A stretch of DNA of 64,000 bases, from contig JAEXOY010000018.1 of assembly GCA_023439045.1 (NCBI GenBank), positions 163,628 to 227,627 on the forward strand, written 5' to 3'. Positions 62,801 through 64,000 of this stretch are shown piece by piece. The position numbers and the translations under genes were made by a program. Under the pieces are notes generated by a model that saw only the letters and a list, made by a program, of their open reading frames with translations, did not search any database and was not told the origin of the DNA. The DNA is from Bacillota bacterium (GTDB taxonomy: Bacteria > Bacillota > Clostridia > Acetivibrionales > DSM-1351). How positions within the stretch are numbered: the stretch's first letter is position 1; every line of letters starts with the position of its first letter.

Positions 62801-64000
62801 ACAGGTAAGTGCCGGCGGAAGCTATACCTTTACGGCTAATACCACTGTCTATGCAGTGTGGGAGGCTATTTCCACGGCAACCTTTACCATCACCTATGAT
62901 GCCTACGGCGGTAGTGGTACGATAGCAAACGGGTCTGCTACACAAGATATAGCGTTTACACTGCCCGACAGCAGCTTTACTCCTCCCAACGGTAAGCGAT
63001 TCAAGGCTTGGGCAATCGGCAGACCTGACGGTTCAAAGGTAAGTGCCGGCGAAAGCTTTACCTTTATTACTGATACCACTGTCTATGCCGTGTGGGAGGA
63101 TATCCCCGCGAATTGCGTCGCCGAAATTAATGACTGGGGCTACGTTGCCCTGCAAGATGCAGTTAATGCAGTTAAAGAGGGACAGACCATCAAGCTGCTA
63201 AGAGACGTTACTGTCATAGACGGTGATCTATACGCATCTCCTGTCATCATAGACATTGACAGGCCGTCGTTTACACTCGACCTAAACGGTAAAAAGATAG
63301 ACGGTGTTGACTATACCCCCATCACTCATAACGGCAGCGGCACGCTGACCATCATCGACAGCACAGGCACTACCGGAAAGGTCACCACTGCAGGCTATGG
63401 AACTTTGGTAGTGAATTACGGCAGCCTTGTTGTAGCCGGAGGAACGATAGAAAATACTGCCACAGGAACGACAGGAAATGATGCCGAAGATCCCATCACC
63501 ATTGCCAACTACTCAGAACGCGGCAGCGTGACCGTTTCAGGCGGAACGGTGTGTGCGATTGGTAGCTTCGGTACGGCAATTGACTGCTTAACAGACGACA
63601 GTCGCGTGATCATTTCGGGCGGCACGGTGAGTGCAAACGGCAACAACGGTAGGGCGATTTATAACCGACTGGGCACATTGACCATTTCGGGGGGTACGGT
63701 GAGCGCTGCCGCCGAAGCGCTTTACAACGGGAATGTCGGCAAAATTACTGTTTCGGGTAACGCCAAGATCACCAGCACGAATGGCAATCCACAGTCTGGT
63801 ACGATTTATCTACCTATAGGCATGGCTGATAATACAGTCCTCGAGATTACCGGTGGCACGATAGAAAACACAGTATTGGGCTACGCCATTTACAACAGCG
63901 ACAATGGCAAAATTGTTATCCCAAGCGGCACACCTGTCATCAAGAGCGGAAAAATCGCAATGAACAAAGCCCCTGACTTGAGTAGCTATAACAATCCGAA
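59868..64000 (+). CDS. large secreted/surface repeat protein with beta-helix modules and InlB B-repeat (Flg_new-like) domains; runs off the window (not in ORF track)
   Basis: SD GAAAGGA; signal peptide MRKLILRMLLVLCILFIVLTSLVLA; same frame holds to 64000 (>1370 aa). Modules VAEI...LQ.AIDAV.EGQTIKLL.D...FTLDLNGKT at 60723, 61983, 63114. B-repeats ITY.ANGGSGT...FKAW...TVYAVWE at ~61755, 62652, 62886. Confidence 0.9.
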   Translation, partial: MRKLILRMLLVLCILFIVLTSLVLAEANTPTEVDSLSELQTAINNATGDMNLKLGDSYNSEGMLTIESNYNFTIDLNGKTMRGKTLDSYTKDTNTRNTNTAIEQNGTGTLTIIDSATGGLVYANTLDNNPGAIHIKKGNLEIKGGKVNGGYGEAIYCEVDGRIAISEDAFVTSSYAYGGTITFDSSGSTDSITFLKLTGGTVENTSVGGTTIYSYGPKWKVSIPSGTPIIKGAKQAMNYPPDLSGYAGVQVTASNEFSGTPATEYREINIANYKYLAFQAASVIQDVAEIDGKGYPLLQTAIDAVTEGQTIKLLRDITIQGAVKILNGTPSFTLDLNGKTLDGDSQAAIEQNSTSMLTIIDSSGNDSGRVTTAGYSTVIHMRSGNLEIKGGTVATPVNSTAIHISSKCSVTVSGGMVSRADYSTESVNLIYILEGTLNITGGTVRTGVEPGNGADMIYNLRGTVNIMGGTVISGNEIGGIWNAGTLNITGGTVSLDTYPINIPADDCVTNISGGTISSTGNTIVINNNATLNISGGTISSREGTAIYFCNSTNNIGKIKIPSGNPIISGKKMAMNKAPDLSDYNDVMITASTYDPNGVNSVGPTTKDNIDTDAEVQTYKYLKFGQITPCTITYDANGGSGTMANGSAIQDTAFTLPVSSFSAPDGKRFKAWAIGSTAGTQVNAGRSYTFTANTTVYAVWEDIPTDYVAEINDWGYDTLQKAIDAVNEGQTIKLLSDIALTNTVTIDSGRPSFTLDLSGKTIDGNLNPAIDHKGNGTLTITDSSTGATGKVTTAGNQTFANYGRLIVAEGTVGNTAADQGRTISNNSIKATVTVSGGTVSATGSNGTAIYSSSGKIVIPSGTPIISGKKMAMTKAPDLSGYEDAKITASKTDSKGIGAVPITKDDIDTDAEVQYYKYLNFGQSIAPATYTITYNANSGSGTMVNGSATQDTAFTLPASSFNAPSGKRFKAWAIGSAAGSQVSAGGSYTFTANTTVYAVWEAISTATFTITYDAYGGSGTIANGSATQDIAFTLPDSSFTPPNGKRFKAWAIGRPDGSKVSAGESFTFITDTTVYAVWEDIPANCVAEINDWGYVALQDAVNAVKEGQTIKLLRDVTVIDGDLYASPVIIDIDRPSFTLDLNGKKIDGVDYTPITHNGSGTLTIIDSTGTTGKVTTAGYGTLVVNYGSLVVAGGTIENTATGTTGNDAEDPITIANYSERGSVTVSGGTVCAIGSFGTAIDCLTDDSRVIISGGTVSANGNNGRAIYNRLGTLTISGGTVSAAAEALYNGNVGKITVSGNAKITSTNGNPQSGTIYLPIGMADNTVLEITGGTIENTVLGYAIYNSDNGKIVIPSGTPVIKSGKIAMNKAPDLSSYNNP

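Overview
Low-GC Firmicute (Clostridia; gene order and protein style suggest a Ruminiclostridium/Acetivibrio-like Oscillospiraceae, which is an inference). 1-24 kb is the core housekeeping supercluster: ilvD(partial)-ilvB, rpmG-secE-nusG-rplKA-rplJL, rpoBC, a T-box-controlled type-2 ileS inserted between rpoC and L7Ae-rpsL-rpsG-fusA-tuf, plus L1 and L10 leader RNAs. 24-45 kb holds two MCP chemoreceptors, a flavodiiron protein, ppx, an IscU-like/GGGtGRT gene pair, a PAP2-like protein, proB, an M23 peptidase-bactofilin-PBP1A run, and a DUF4432/URO-D-like/LacI-SBP-fusion cluster. After rlmD (45858-47237) the region is accessory. A 58-bp duplication of the rlmD 3' end brackets a 7.6-kb island. The island carries an IS remnant and the best candidate for an undescribed system: SorC regulator + sugar ABC importer + stand-alone TrpA-like lyase + FGGY kinase, with no trpB. 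It is followed by a 12alpha-HSDH-like SDR, decayed genes, and a LytTR/GHKL pair upstream of a small Cys-rich protein and a >1370-aa beta-helix/InlB-B-repeat surface protein that runs off the window and is missing from the ORF track. Degenerate tandem repeats recur in intergenic DNA, and four of them span a stop codon. No rRNA, tRNA or CRISPR array was seen. All family assignments are by eye from motifs; no database searches were run.
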